Notes: generated from the letters alone by a model not told the origin. DNA of 63,781 nucleotides, filler included, from Chiloscyllium plagiosum (GCF_004010195.1; 6 parts of one record of this genome joined end to end with filler, not necessarily neighbours in it), one strand, 5' to 3'; counted from the whole stretch's first letter, positions 1 to 12,728 are shown. A program made the numbers and translations.

Positions 1-301
1 ATTGTTTTTACCTAGTTGATTTTAACCCTACTGCGAATCCTCTTGCAAGGATGCCTGCCTTGAAGAAGTTTTCCTCCTCTCTCTACAAGAATCTCAGGGA
101 GTCCCTCTCCCACTGCAACTCCCAGGTCATTTCCTCTATGCTACTTTCTCCCCACTCCCACCCTCCTCTAGCTTACCTCTCCACCCTTCAGGCTCTCTGC
201 CTTTATTCCTGATGAAGGGCTTTTGCCCGAAACATCGATTTTACTGCTCCTCGGATGCTGCCTGAACTGCTGTGCTCTTCCAGCACCACTAATCTAGAAT
301 C
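1..301 (+). mobile_element. Penelope-like element (family A): pLTR end, short 5' ORF stub, then a second pLTR with hammerhead
   Basis: Bases 1-13 (attgtttttacct) match the pLTR end seen at 32849-32861. ATG at 51 reads MPALKKFSSSLYKNLRESLSHCNSQVISS, then the sequence jumps to pLTR sequence shared with 32730-32862. Confidence 0.75.
205..240 (+). ncRNA. Minimal hammerhead ribozyme motif, family A (ACGT palindrome decayed to ACAT)
   Basis: CTGATGA-a-GGGC tttt GCCC-GAAA-catc. Confidence 0.7.
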
Positions 302-787
302 AGCACAACTCTACCTCCTCTTGCTTCTTCTCTGTCCTTTCTAAAGGTTAAATATCTTGGAATGTTTAGTTCTCAGTTCTGGTCACCATGAAGCTATGTT
401 TTGTAATGGCAATTAGACTATACCCATTCACCTCTAAAAATGCCTTTCAATCATCTATCTCATTTCAAACACTGCATACATTCAGATAGGGTGGCTTTAC
501 CTTTGTCTTTTTGACAGCATCCCACTTTCAAAGAATATTAGATGCTCAGTGTTGTTTTTCCTGTTTTCTAGTCTCTGTGGCACATTTTTGATTTCCTGTT
601 ACCAACATAATTTTCTTCCAATTTGGGTTAGTCCTCAGGTCCCCAAACTCTTGACAAATAAGTATAAACCCAACCCAACAGCACCAGTAAAAATCCCCAT
701 AAGGGTATCATATCAAGACCCATTAAAATATAAAGTTAAAAATCACACAACACCAGGTTATAGTCCAACAGGTTTAATTGGAAGCAC

Positions 788-821
788 ACTAACTTTCGAA
801 GTGACCCTCCTTCATCAGGTG
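788..821 (-). ncRNA. Hammerhead motif, family B, degenerate helix II
   Basis: Reverse complement cacCTGATGAaggagggtcacttcGAAAgttagtg. Confidence 0.5.
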
Positions 822-1420
822 ATAGTGGAGGGCTCAATCTTAACACACAGAATTTATAGCAAAACTTTACAGTGTGATGTAACTGAAATTATACATTGAA
901 AATTTGATTGTTAAGCCTTTCATCTGTTAGAATACAATGATAGTTTCACTTCTTTCATGTGTAAATCACAAAACCTTTTTATAAAAAAAGTTGCATTCTC
1001 GGGTTAGCTGTTAACAATGGTGATAGCTAGACAATATGTTGAAGGTGTTGGCCCCCTGTGTTCTCTATCTATGCCATGATGTTTAGATTGATTCTAATCT
1101 AAAAAGTGAGATAACAGAGTCAAAGTGAGATAATAGATTCGAATCAATCTAAACATCATGGCATAGATAGAGAACATAGGGGGCCAAACCTTCAACATAT
1201 TGTCTAGCTAACACCCATTGTTAACAGCTAACCTGAGAATGAAATTTTTTTTTAAAAAAAAAGGTTTTGTGATTTACACATGAAAGAAGTGAAACTATCA
1301 TTGTATTCTAACAGATGAAAGGCTTAACAGACAATTAAATTTTCAATGTATAATTTCAGTTACATCACACTATAAAGTTTTGCTATAAACTCTGTGTGTT
1401 AGGACTGAGCCCTCCACTGT

Positions 1421-1455
1421 CACCTGATGAAGGAGCGTCGCTCCGAAAGCTGGTG
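1421..1455 (+). ncRNA. Hammerhead motif, family B (cleavage triplet mutated to CTG)
   Basis: cac-CTGATGA-a-GGAGC gtc GCTCC-GAAA-gctg-gtg. Confidence 0.65.
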
Positions 1456-1814
1456 TGCTTGCAATTAAACCTGTTGAACTATAACCTGGTGTTGTGTGAT
1501 TTTTAACTTTGTACACCCCAGTCCAACACCAGCATCTCTAAATCATCATTAAAATATAACCCTTCTAATTTGTACAGATGCCATATGCTCTAAAACCAGT
1601 TACAATGCTTCCTTTTTACAAAGGTTCTCCAGCCACATATTCAATCGATCAATCTTCCTGCAAGTTTGCTCACTAATGCATGGCACATGGAATAATCCTG
1701 AAATTACTGCTAATGTCATGCTTTTTAATTTTTTTCTCAAACTCCCCCCCTGAAATCTGCCTTCAAGACCTCATCTCTCTGCCTCCCTATGTAAATGGTA
1801 CTAATGTGGATCAT

Positions 1815-2034
1815 GATTTGAAACTATCATGGTATTCAAACAGATGAAAGACTCAACAGACAATCAATTTTTCAATGTATAATTTCAGTTACATCACACT
1901 GTAAATTTTTGCTATAAATTCTGTGTGTTAGGATTGACCCCTCCACTATCACCTGATGAAGGAGCGACGCTCCGAAAGATAGTGTGCTTCCAATTAAACC
2001 TGTTGGACTATAACCTGCTGTTGCATGATTTTTA
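1815..2034 (+). mobile_element. Penelope-like family B pLTR fragment with hammerhead (1950-1984) and TSD
   Basis: Homologous to 1290-1507. actaatgtgg(a/g)tcat occurs at 1800-1814 and 2035-2049. Confidence 0.8.
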
Positions 2035-3004
2035 ACTAATGTGGGTCATAACTTGTAGCTAATTCCCTCCCTCAAAAGAATGTCCTGAAGCCACCCCATG
2101 ATATCCTTGACCCTTACACCAGGGCAGCAACATACCATCCGAGAAACATTTTTGACAGGCATTTTTGATGCCTGTCTCACCTCCTGACTATGGAAACCCC
2201 TATCACTGTTGCCTTCCAATCTTCTTTCTCCTCACCACTGTACAGCTGTTCCTGCACTCCACTCCTTATCAGTTCCATCATAGAATACTGATTAACAAAC
2301 AAGATAGCATCAGGGACTGCAATACCTGCTTTATTCTCTCAGACTGCTTGCCGGTCATTTCTGTCTCTTCCCACCCACTTCTAAATTGCAGTGTGTATAT
2401 GTGATATCCATGTAATACTCTAATTTGCAGATGCACAACAAAGACTCCAGCTGCTGCTGAAGTTCCAAACCCAATGCTTTAGCTTGTACCACTGATGACA
2501 TCTCCAGAAGATGCATTTTTCCGGGACGCGTGGTGTGTCCATGGATACACAAATACTGCAAGATGTACACCCCACTTGGATATACTGTCTGATTTGCCAT
2601 CCCATAATAGCAAAAAATGTTTGTAAACCTTAGAACACTGTTGACTTACTATAAACACTTCTAGTAACCTTCACTGACATTAACTTTATTTTCCTTTGCT
2701 TTATTTTATTATTGTATTTTTCTGTGACTTAGTTTTACTTCCTGATTAGTAGTGATCCTTACTGCAATGCAAGCTGCCTCTTCTTTATAAATGATACCAT
2801 TTAGACAATTTGAACTTGATCGCTAATCTTATCAAGCAATGCACTTAAAGTTTTTCCTATGATGTCACACATGGATTATTGTTTGCACACTGCCAAGCTG
2901 CCAAATAGCCCTGAGGAGAGAGATCTCCTGCAAATCCAGCTTTCTCCACTCTTGGAAGGTGAATTTCCTTCCCTAAAGGATATTTGTGAACCTGATGAGA
3001 TTTT

Positions 3005-3146
3005 CCAACAATCAACAATGGATTCATGGTTATCATTAGATTCCTCACTACACATACTTATCGAACTCAAATTCCACCATCTGCCATGGTAGGATTCAAG
3101 CTGGAGTCCCCAGAACATTACCAGAGTCTCTAAATTAATAGTCTAG
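3005..3146 (-). mobile_element. Old tRNA-derived SINE fragment
   Basis: Similar to 32940-33175 (ttcaaattccaccatctgccatggtaggattcaa). Confidence 0.5.
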
Positions 3147-3150
3147 TAGT

Positions 3151-3491
3151 AGAGTCATAGAGTCATAGAGATGTACAGCATGGAAATAGACCCTTTGGTG
3201 CAACCCGTCCATGCCAACCAGATATCCCAACCCAATCTAGTCCCACCTGCCAGCATCCGGCCCATATCCCTCCAAACTCTTCCTATTCATATACCCATTC
3301 AAATGCCTTTTAAATGTTGCAATTGTACCAGCCTCCACCATTTCCTCTGGCAGCTCATTCCATACACGTACCACCCTCTGTGTGAAAAAGTTGCCCCTTA
3401 GGTCTCTTTTATATCTTTCCCCTCTCACCCTAAACCTATGCCCTCTCATTCTGGACTCACCGACCCCAGGGAAAAGACTTTGTCTATTCAT
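3151..3491 (-). mobile_element. CR1/HER1-type LINE 3' end
   Basis: RGHRFRVRGERYKRDLRGNFFTQRVVRVWNELP followed by an (ATGACTCT)n tail. Confidence 0.9.
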
Positions 3492-3494
3492 CTG

Positions 3495-4192
3495 GGTAAT
3501 CCAAGGTGGTGGACGGGAAACATTTCTGGCTGTAACAGCTGCTCCTTTTTTGAGGCATTTTTAGGTGCTGGAGGTGATTTCCTCGAATTCCAGGAGCAGC
3601 AATTACTGTTTTATATGCTGTTGCATTGTTTGGGAACTTTGGAAAAAAAAGTCAAAACAACAGCAGTTTTAAAAGGGAGAAGAACAGACAAAGGAAGCAC
3701 ATGATGAGGTCAGTCCAGGAGAGAGAGAGAGAGAGAAAGAAACTGACACCACCGTGTACCCACACAGTACTGCCTTTGCTGTTTGAATTCATGAAATGCT
3801 GGACATCAGAGTGCATCTGGGAAAATTAACAAACAGTGAAATTCACAACTGATCTTGGAGGAACTGTTTGGACGAAGTTCACAGCACAGAATCAGATAAG
3901 TATATTGTTTTAAGTGTGGCCTACAGAAAGTCTGCAGGAGTGAGAAGAGTGGGTCCTTTCTTGATATATATGTTTTGAGATTTGTCTCTTGATTAAACTT
4001 AAAATATAAGCCATAACTATTAATTTAACCTGGGGCAGTTTTGTAGAGGAATAAGACGGTATTATTTTCTGGGGCTGTAGATTGTGAAGGAGCAAAAATG
4101 GTCTTTAGTAGAGTTGTATGTGCTTCTTGTCAGATGTGGGAGTTTAAAGAGAGTTTAAGGGTTACTGCAGATTATATCTGAATCTTATCAGA
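3495..4192 (+). mobile_element. CR1 5' UTR and ORF1 start, inverted relative to the adjacent 3' end
   Basis: ATG at 4098 reads MVFSRVVCASCQMWEFKESLRVTADYI (CR1 ORF1 zinc finger). The UTR is homologous to 34209-34481. Confidence 0.75.
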
Positions 4193-7100
4193 TTAAATCT
4201 AAGGAAATGCCAGTAGGCCATCACCTCCTCTAACTTGTATGTCAATTTTATTCTCAGTACCTTGAACGATGAAGGCACGCATGCTGTATGCCTTCTTTAC
4301 CACCTTATTTGTTGGTTCTAATTTGAAGGAACCAATTTAGAATCTGTAGAATTTTGGAAACTGATTAGCAATGCAGTGACTATCTCTAATCCTCATTATA
4401 AATTCTGCTGACTCAACTTGTAATGGACCAACATTTGTCTTCCCCAAACTGTCCATTTAAATGCCTAAACAATCTTTTACAGATAATTTTTTTTTGTATT
4501 TTTGGATAGATTTTACTAAAGCTCTAAGCCTTGTACTCTGTTTATCCATTGCCCAAGCAGAGGCTTCACCAACAGCTCTGGCTGTTTCCCAAAAGGGATG
4601 GTTGTCCCTTTTGCTCAAATTGATTCCTATTCCTTCATTGCTAGCTGTTAATTTAGTTGAAGGATCTGTAATTGAGATTTGTCTTAAAAGGACCAAGTGG
4701 TAAATCTCTAGTCTCTATTCAACTTCAAGGCAGAAATATTGCCATCTAGTTAGCTGGGATGACTACAACCAGATAGATGCAGTTTATCAAAGGCTATTGC
4801 CAAGGAACAGCTGTAGCTGAAAAGAACATTTATCTCAAAAGAGTGGTGCAAAAGAGCTCCTGGATTTTAATTATTTTGACTAAGCCTGTGATCAGGCAGC
4901 TTGCAAGTAACTTTTGCTTACTATGGTTGCGGCACAGGAGAATAAATCGACATTTTGATATAACACCGAAACAAGCTTGGCTGTGTGGTCAGAAAGTAGC
5001 TGAATAGTTTCAATAGCGCTGTGTATTCTGATTAAATGATGTGCCATCAGGCGTACAATGAAGTGTTGTTGCACTAGCAATGCACTAACACAGACTTAAT
5101 CAGAAATTCTTGTCCCTTGTTGGCTGAAGAGGGTAATTCACTCGATGAATTCCTTACCACATACAATGCCTCTAAAATGAAAATGGCCTCTGCAATGGAA
5201 AGTCCAGATAGATAACAAGCAATGGGTAGGAGGAAACCTGAATCCACTGTGAACCCAGAAACATTTATGCTCCTAATTAGGCCAGAGATTCCCAGGGAAG
5301 GACTTACTTGCTACAGTAGTAACACTATGCAACTTAAATGGTTTACATTCGCAGCTGATTATAAAAATTCATTCTGGAAGGCAGTCTGATTTTGTTTTAT
5401 CTCTGTTTAAAGACGTGGCAACATTTCCATATAAATGGATTAATGGGAATAAGCACTTTGAAATTGTTGGCAGATTTGATTATCTTGAATTAAGTTGTTA
5501 ATCAGAACAAGTATTGTTTTATTCTGCAAACTAATTAAACCCTTAGGAAAAGCAAAATATGTCAAATAATCTAACAGAAATTTTGATAGTGAATATCAAG
5601 ATTATTTACTGCCCCTGTTATCAACATTGTAAACCTCCACATTTTGGATCCCAAGTAAGAATTTGAAATAGTTTATTTTCAATATAATCTCATTTGTACA
5701 CTATTACATAACGTCTGGCATTAATTGCTTAACAATGAGAGACACACTGCAACAAAATTAATTAAATGAGGTTCTCATCGAACCTCTCGAAACACCGACA
5801 TCAGCTTGACTGAACACTTCTCAGATTAACCACGGATCATACACTTTATAAAGAAATATACAGCGTTGTCCAATGCCTGGAGAAATAAAAGATCATCTAG
5901 CTTAGGCAACACACAAGGTTTCTGTGCAAAGCTGCTGAATCATTGTCTAATTAAATGGTAACAACTGACTTTTTATAATACCATAACACCATTTTTGAGA
6001 ATGTAAGGAGCATAATGCAATACCTAAATAGGTAGACAGATGTTATTGGAGCACCACCCATTTTCAACGAGCGACGCATTTCCACATAAGTCTTAAACAA
6101 GGGTAAAAATATCCCAACAATAATATGCAGATATTTGAAGAAGATATTATTTCATAACAAAAGATGCAGGCTGGATATTGCATACTCCCACAGGCTATGT
6201 TATCAGTGGGAGGAAGACATGTGATGTGGTCTGGGTGGCCAGCTCACCCCCTTCCCACTCACCGTCAAGTGTACCCCCATAAGGTACACGGTATGTGGAT
6301 GCTAGAATTAGCAACTCACCAATTATGTGTAAAATAAATTGTTAAAGGTTAAGTCACCTTGTTTAAATCTTAATTGATCCCATGCTTATTCCATACACTA
6401 GTTGGAATTAGAGCTCCTGTGCCACGGTGATATTGTCCCTACTTTGGTCCAGACAACCTTTGTTCAAGTTCCATCTGCTCTAGATGTGCACCATAACACA
6501 TTTGGATAGGTTAATCAGAGCATGGTACATTCACATCTGTGCTACAAAGCATACTGCCTGGCCAGCTGGCATACAGCAACCCCACACCCTGCTCCTGCCC
6601 CCAAGGTACCAATTGGAAATCATTAGATTATCTTGGGCATACTATTTTTGCTGTCATGAGGTTGGAACATGCATATTGATACAGTAAAGTTTAATTCCTA
6701 TTTCTAAAAAAAGTTCTTCAAGTGAAAGCAAAATCACTTGCTCTTCTCCCCCACATCTCCTACCTCCCTTCTATTCAATGACAGCAGTTTTAAATAAAGC
6801 ACACAATTACAAACCTTTATATTGCCCTTGGGTTTCAATTACTTATTGAGTTTTACAAGAATGCTGTCCGCTTAGGAATTGATTTTAAGGTCACTCAATC
6901 ATTTCAAATCAGAGAAAGTAAACTCATCTTTTCTAATCCCTTTCTGTCTAAAAACGTAAACAGAAAATAAATTGTTGCTACTTTACACAATAAGCATTTA
7001 AGAGAACAATTTCATTTGTTTCTGTCAACAGTCAGAACAACACTGGTCCAGACACATTAGGCATGTTCACTCCATCTTTATCTATTGGGTAAATTCAATA

Positions 7101-7344
7101 TCAGAGTGAGCAGGAACCCTGAGTCATGGCCTTCCATGTCTCAGAGACAATGGTTTGGGAAGAATGAATGAGATTAAACAAAATCTAATTGAGCTTTTCT
7201 GCCAGTATGAGTTGTGTGTAACAAACACCTTTCAAAACAAACCATGCTACAAGGTGTCCTTGAGAACTCCAGCATCAGACATTGGCACCCATTGTATCTG
7301 ATTATCACTGGGTATGACCCTCTGAAGAGTATACTCATATATAC

Positions 7345-8014
7345 ATCCTAGAGTTCTGAGGGAGGTGGCTGAGGAAATAGCGCAGGCGTTGGTTGAGATC
7401 TTTCAAAAGTCACTGGAGTCAGGGAAAGTCCCGGATGATTGGAAGATCGCTGTTGTAACCCCCTTGTTCAAGAAAGGATCAAGGCAAAAGATTGAAAATT
7501 ATAGGCCAATTNNNNNNNNNNNNNNNNNNNNNNNNNNNNNNNNNNNNNNNNNNNNTTAATTAATTAANNNNNNNNNNNNNNNNNNNNNNNNNNNNNNNNN
7601 NNNNNNNNNNNCTAGCAAATGTGGTTCCGTTGTTCAAGAAGGGGAGTAGGGATAACCCTAGTAACTATATGCCGGTGAGTCTCACTTCTGTTGTGGGCAA
7701 AGTCTTAGAGAGAATTGTAAGGGATAGGATTTATGAACATCTGGATAGGAATAATGCGATCAAGGATAGTCAGCATGGTTTTGTGAAGGGCAGGTCATAC
7801 CTCACAAACCTTATTGAATTCTTTGAGAAGGTGACTAAGGAGGTGGACGAGGGTAAAGCGGTAGATGTGGTGTATATGGATTTAGTAGGGCGTTTGATAA
7901 GGTTCCACATGGTAGGCTACTTCAAAAAATATGGAGGTATGGCATTGAGGGTGAGTTGGAGGTTTGGATTAGGAATTGGCTGGCTGGAAGAAGACAGAGG
8001 GTAGTAGTTGATGG
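7345..8014 (+). mobile_element. CR1 ORF2 reverse-transcriptase fragments on both sides of a gap
   Basis: VPDDWKIAVVTPLFKKG; NYMPVSLTSVVGKVLE; SQHGFVKGRS; VDVVYMD. Confidence 0.9.
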
Positions 8015-8549
8015 TGCTAGTGGTGTGATAGGAAATGATGGTCACTGCTGGTTCTTGCAGGAGAACAAATTGTGCAAGACCCAGGACTGGGAGATAAGTT
8101 GACTTCAATATCCCAGAGAACTATCAGGAAATGTGGGTTATTGCAAAGCAAGGAGCAGTTTCAGGACAGGAAGAAGTAATGGGAATAAATGTCCAGAGAT
8201 GGTGATTCTATTACAGAGCCCTGGTTGCCAGTTAGAATCGGAAAACAATTTATGAGTTTACTTGAGTTTATGGATTTATGCCAACTTTTACTTTACAGAA
8301 GAATTATTTGCTTTTGAAACAGATTTTGTTTGAGATATAAAATACTGAGTGAACTCACTAATGGTCATCGATTTTTAAAATTTCATAATTCAGAGGAAAG
8401 ATTATTGAATACTGTAAAACTGCAATAACATACAAAAGAAATCCAATTTCCTGTTTGAGTGCAAGTGTTAATCCATGTTCAAGCTCTCATGTTATTATCT
8501 TTAGTTTGAAAATGTGTTAAACTGTGAATTGCAATTTCCTTACATTATA

Positions 8550-8690
8550 TTAGTGACTACTTTTCAAAAAGTGCTTCAATACTCAGTGTTCGGGAGGTGC
8601 TGAAGTTGTGAAAGGTAAAATATAAATGCAAGATTTCTTTATTTGTAATTTGGTGCAGTCTAGTTGCAATCAAGAGGTCAATTTAGGTTC
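8550..8690 (+). repeat. DeuSINE/L2-like 3' tail plus flank, locally repeated at 10465-10540 (+) and 10662-10740 (-)
   Basis: gtgactac..ttcaaaa..gttgtgaaagg..tataaatgcaag-tttcttt is shared among the three sites. Confidence 0.6.
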
Positions 8691-9587
8691 AATAATTCTA
8701 ATAAAGCTGTAATCTTAACACATCCGTCGTTCCTTCAGTTACTAGTCTATGATTCAGGAACTGCCTTCCTAAACACACTGTAGGTCTATCTGGTATACCA
8801 GATGCACTGCAGTGATTCAGGAAGGAGACTTATCAGTTTTTCAATGACATTGAATATGGACATTAAATGCTGACCTCACCCCCTTGCCCATAGAAAGAAT
8901 AAAACAAATTTTCTGTATGTAAAGATATAATTGAGTAAAGATTGGTGCAAAGAGTAAAATGGCATGCTAATGTAAGAAAACAGCAAAGAAAATAAATAAG
9001 TAAACATACTATATTATGAAAAAGATATGAATCAAAACATTTCCAAAAAAAATACACAAATGGTTATGGATTGTCAGTATGGTATTTTTAAGATAGGAGA
9101 GACTATTTAAGATTGACTCATCAATTACTGGGATTTCGAGGGTAAATTTATCTATCTACCATCCATTATGTAAACAACAGTGCTTTAACACAGCCTTGAT
9201 ATTTCAATCAATGTCCCACTTGGGTTTTCTGTTTCAAAAGCAAGATCTATGCTTTATGTTTTAAGGATCAGTTTCATAAGTATGCTACAGACTTTTTTCA
9301 TCCAGTTTTACTGTGCACTAAAAATTTTGCCATGGCATGTAGTGAAGGATCAGAGATATAATGTTGACACCATGAGCTAAGGTTATAGAGTTAGCATTAT
9401 TGCTATTTGAATTCAACTCACATCAGCTTGCAGTGATCTGACTTAGCATGTGCAGTATGTTCAAAACCCCAATTTTTAACTGACACTGCAGCAGTAGCAA
9501 GAAATTTCTTTGCTTTAATCTGAACTGATCCAACAGGAGAAGACAGTGACAATTCAGACCATATTGAAGCTAATGAGAACTGAATTC

Positions 9588-9845
9588 AAAGTACTGTGTG
9601 AACTAAACTTTAATAAGGACTAGAAATGACTTTAAAGGGCACCTTAAGACATACATAGTATAGAAACATGATAAACTGTCATTTACAGTGTTTGTCACTG
9701 CAGTCAGGGTAATCTGGTACTGATGAAAGAGCAATAGTTTAGAAAATAGCCTCTTGACACAGGCTATGAGAAAGCTCTGTCCTTTGAAGAGGAAAACATT
9801 CTGACCCAACTTACTGTCAGTATAGGGCTTCCAGTAAGAGAGAGA
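9588..9845 (+). repeat. ~260 bp segment with an inverted copy at 12061-12319
   Basis: Direct reverse-complement match over the whole length. Confidence 0.9.
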
Positions 9846-12060
9846 TCATGATGTTCTTCATGTCTCAGTAGGTTAACTGCAAGACCAATATGTGCGCTCG
9901 AAAGTCAATTTTACAGTTTAACATGTGTAACACCAGTCTCGATTTAACAGGAAAACAATGATAATTGGCAACTACTTATCATCAATGGTGTTGCACAGTT
10001 GGAATGAAATCCAAGTGGATTATTCAATTTGACGTCAGAGGTGCCAGAGTAGAAAGGGGAAGAATCTAACAATGCAGTTGGAGATGCATAATTGGGAAGC
10101 AAGGAAGGTGGTGAAAGGGAAAGAAAAAAGGGCATATCGGCTTGAGATGAGGTGAGGGTGTGGGGTGAGCAAGAAACAAGGAGGGGGGAGGGGACTTGGT
10201 GGGGAGACGGGAGCAGAAATGAAGACAAATGGGAAGTCTAAGATAGAAATGAGCATGGAGGAAGAGAACATGTGGAGGGGAGTCAAGAGGGAGGTGATGG
10301 TAGAGACAATGAATGAAAGAAAGAAAAAAACAAGATGGAGGACAGTTGGGGAAAGTGGGATAATTAATGATAGGAAACAGCAAAGAACTTTAAATGAAAA
10401 GGTTGTAATGCTGCTGAAAGTGTGGTGGGGACATGAATAATCATTACGATCAATACCCAAAATGAAGTGACTAAAATTCAAAAATTACTTCAATACACAA
10501 AGTGTTTGGGAGTTGCTGAAGTTGTGAAAGGCAGAATATAAGACTGTAAAAAGGTGAAGATTTATCCCATATTCTTTGAGTGCAATTCATAACCTAAAGA
10601 AAGAAGGCAATGATTTTAAAAAAATTAAAGACAAGAATGTATAATTTTGTCATGGTTGCCATAATTAACCTTGTTTGCTACTAGGCTGCACTAAATTGCA
10701 AGTAAAGAAATCTTGCATTTATATTCTACCTTTCATAGCTGAAGTGAGCAAATCTGATATTCTTGGAGATCTTAAAGGGAAGCTGAAATTATTGAAGGAA
10801 ATACCTCTTTAAGAATATGAAGAAAATTTGTTTATGTCAGTGGCAGGTTCAAAGTGTTGATCAGGGTGTGTGAAGTTTAGTAATGGAAAATATTTCTAAG
10901 TCGGAAACAGTTATCGTTGATTGACCTTTTTTTTATGCAGTGGCAGGAAATTCTGGTGATGGTCTTTATCTGACTTTGGCTGCATAGCTGCAAATGAGAC
11001 TTGCTAACAATCTACTGGTTTTACTTATTTCTCAGCCTGTTATTTTCAATTAATGCTAATGAATTCTGTGTAGAATTTAGTTTCATTATAGCTTTTCAAT
11101 CCACCTTCGAAGTTTTTCAGTTTACCCTCATTTCTGAGTTTTATTCCCAAACAATATGCTATGGAAGGAATCAACAAAGAGGTTTCCAGTTCAACTGCTG
11201 TTACAGTATATGGATCAAGCTATATTGGGTGAGAACCAGCTGCCGACCAGCTGATAGTCTGTAGTCGGTACCACCTAAAGACTTGATACCTTTTCAAACA
11301 CTGGATTATAAGAGAATTTTAACACATGATGGATAGTAAATTGTGTGAAGCATGCTGACCTGAAATGAATTCCTGATGCAATCAACCACAGTGCAAAGTC
11401 CTACAGCAGAAGTACTGATTTATAAAGACATGTCATACATTAGAGAGAGCCAAATGTTGTGAAGTTTTGGTGGCCTTGATCTATACTGTTCTTGATGATT
11501 TTGCCATATGTTACTTGCAGAGGTGTAGGATATCCCAGATATGGCAACTATGTCAAAATGATACATTGTTGTCTTTATTTTTTTTAAACATTGCCCACTT
11601 TCTTTGTTATGCATTGTACTTTTGGAGGAAGTACTCAAGATATGGGATGAATTTTAAAGTCTTTTGGTGAAGTCTGAGTTGCATTTGGTTTGCACAACAT
11701 TTTGTTATTGCCATGAGGCCAAACAAGTTCTTTCACTGTATGTTTCTAAATATACTTGCATAATAAACAATATATGGCTTTGCCCATCACAAAATTGAAT
11801 TTTTTAAAGTTTCATTCAAACATTTGATTTTGTTATGATGCCATTTAAAAAAAAAGTAATTGGCTTAATTGTTTTATTTAGATTAGTTTATTTTCAGTTA
11901 TTTTCAAAAAGTGTACAGACAGCAGGCTGAGAGAGAGAAAGCCATGATTGTGGAGGTGCAGGATGATCAGTGAGGGCATGTCAGCTTGAGATGAAGTGAA
12001 GGGGCAGGGTGAACAAGAAGCAAGGAGGGGATTGGGTAGAAATGAAAACAAATGGCAGCC

Positions 12061-12319
12061 CTCTCTCTCTCACTGGAAGCCCTATACTGACAGTAAGTTG
12101 GCTCAGAATGTCTTCCTCTTCAAAGGACAGAGCTTTCTCATAGCCTCTTGACACAGGCTATCTTCTAAACTATTGCTCTTTTATCAGTACCAGTTTACCC
12201 TGACTGCAGTGACAAACACTGTAAATGACAGTTTATCATGTTTTTATACTACGTATGTCTTAAGGTGCCTTTTAGAGTCATTTCTAGTCCTTACTAAAGT
12301 TTAGTTCACACAATACTTT
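12061..12319 (-). repeat. Inverted copy of 9588-9845
   Basis: Reverse-complement match, with an 8-nt loop micro-inversion at 12147-12154. Confidence 0.9.
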
Positions 12320-12322
12320 ATA

Positions 12323-12432
12323 CCTGAAGCATCGATTCTCCTGCTCCTTGGATGCTGCCTCACGTGCTGTGGTTTTCCAGCATCACACATTCGAATCTGA
12401 CCTCCAGCATCTGCAGTCCTCACTTTTTCTCT
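12323..12432 (+). mobile_element. Penelope-like family A pLTR 3' fragment
   Basis: atcgattctcctgctccttggatgctgcc...ctccagcatctgcagtcctcactt. Confidence 0.75.
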
Positions 12433-12439
12433 TTCTCCC

Positions 12440-12728
12440 TCAAACAGGGGATTCCAGGGTGCACATTTTTAAGATCAGAGGGGAGAAATTTAAAAAAGAC
12501 ATGAGGGGTAAATCTTTTACACAGAAGGTGGTTTGTGAAATGAACTTCCTGAGAATGGGGTACAATTACAATGTTTAAAGACATTTGGGTAAGTATGTAA
12601 ATAGAAAAAGTTTGAAGGGGTATGGACTAGGAGCAGGCAAATAGGACTAGTTTAGTTTGGGATTATGTTCATTATGGACTAGTTGGATTAGAGGGTCTGT
12701 TTCCATGCAGTATGACTCTCTGACTCTA
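12440..12728 (+). mobile_element. CR1 LINE 3' end
   Basis: HIFKIRGEKFKKDMRGKSFTQKVV followed by a tgactctc tail. Confidence 0.8.

Larger units (their letters stand above)
734..1546. mobile_element. Penelope-like element (family B), long inverted repeat with tail and 13-bp TSD
   Basis: 732-1094 is the reverse complement of about 1141-1510. A 36-nt tail occupies 1511-1546. cattaaaatataa occurs at 721-733 and 1547-1559. Confidence 0.85.
302..2620 (-). mobile_element. Decayed CR1 LINE 5' half (ORF1 zinc finger/esterase and start of APE), interrupted by two Penelope-like insertions
   Basis: Minus-strand CTSCSICVSM...CIFWRCHQ near 2500-2600, MVCCCPGVRVKDI near 2100-2140, and LIAITKT*LHGDQN*ELNIPRY near 350-415. 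Confidence 0.7.

Noticed and set aside
4700..5950. Repeat-free AT-rich stretch, possible conserved non-coding element (similar stretch at 27700-28460)
   Set aside because: Cannot be supported without cross-species alignment, and no exon signal is visible.
7556..7567. TTAATTAATTAA, also at 16161, 22197, 53439 and 60597
   Set aside because: It is always centred in a 100-bp N block, so it is an artificial contig linker (six-frame stop) rather than biology.
9944..10481. Overlapping 90-150 aa ORFs
   Set aside because: Purine-rich low-complexity tract with no recognisable domain.
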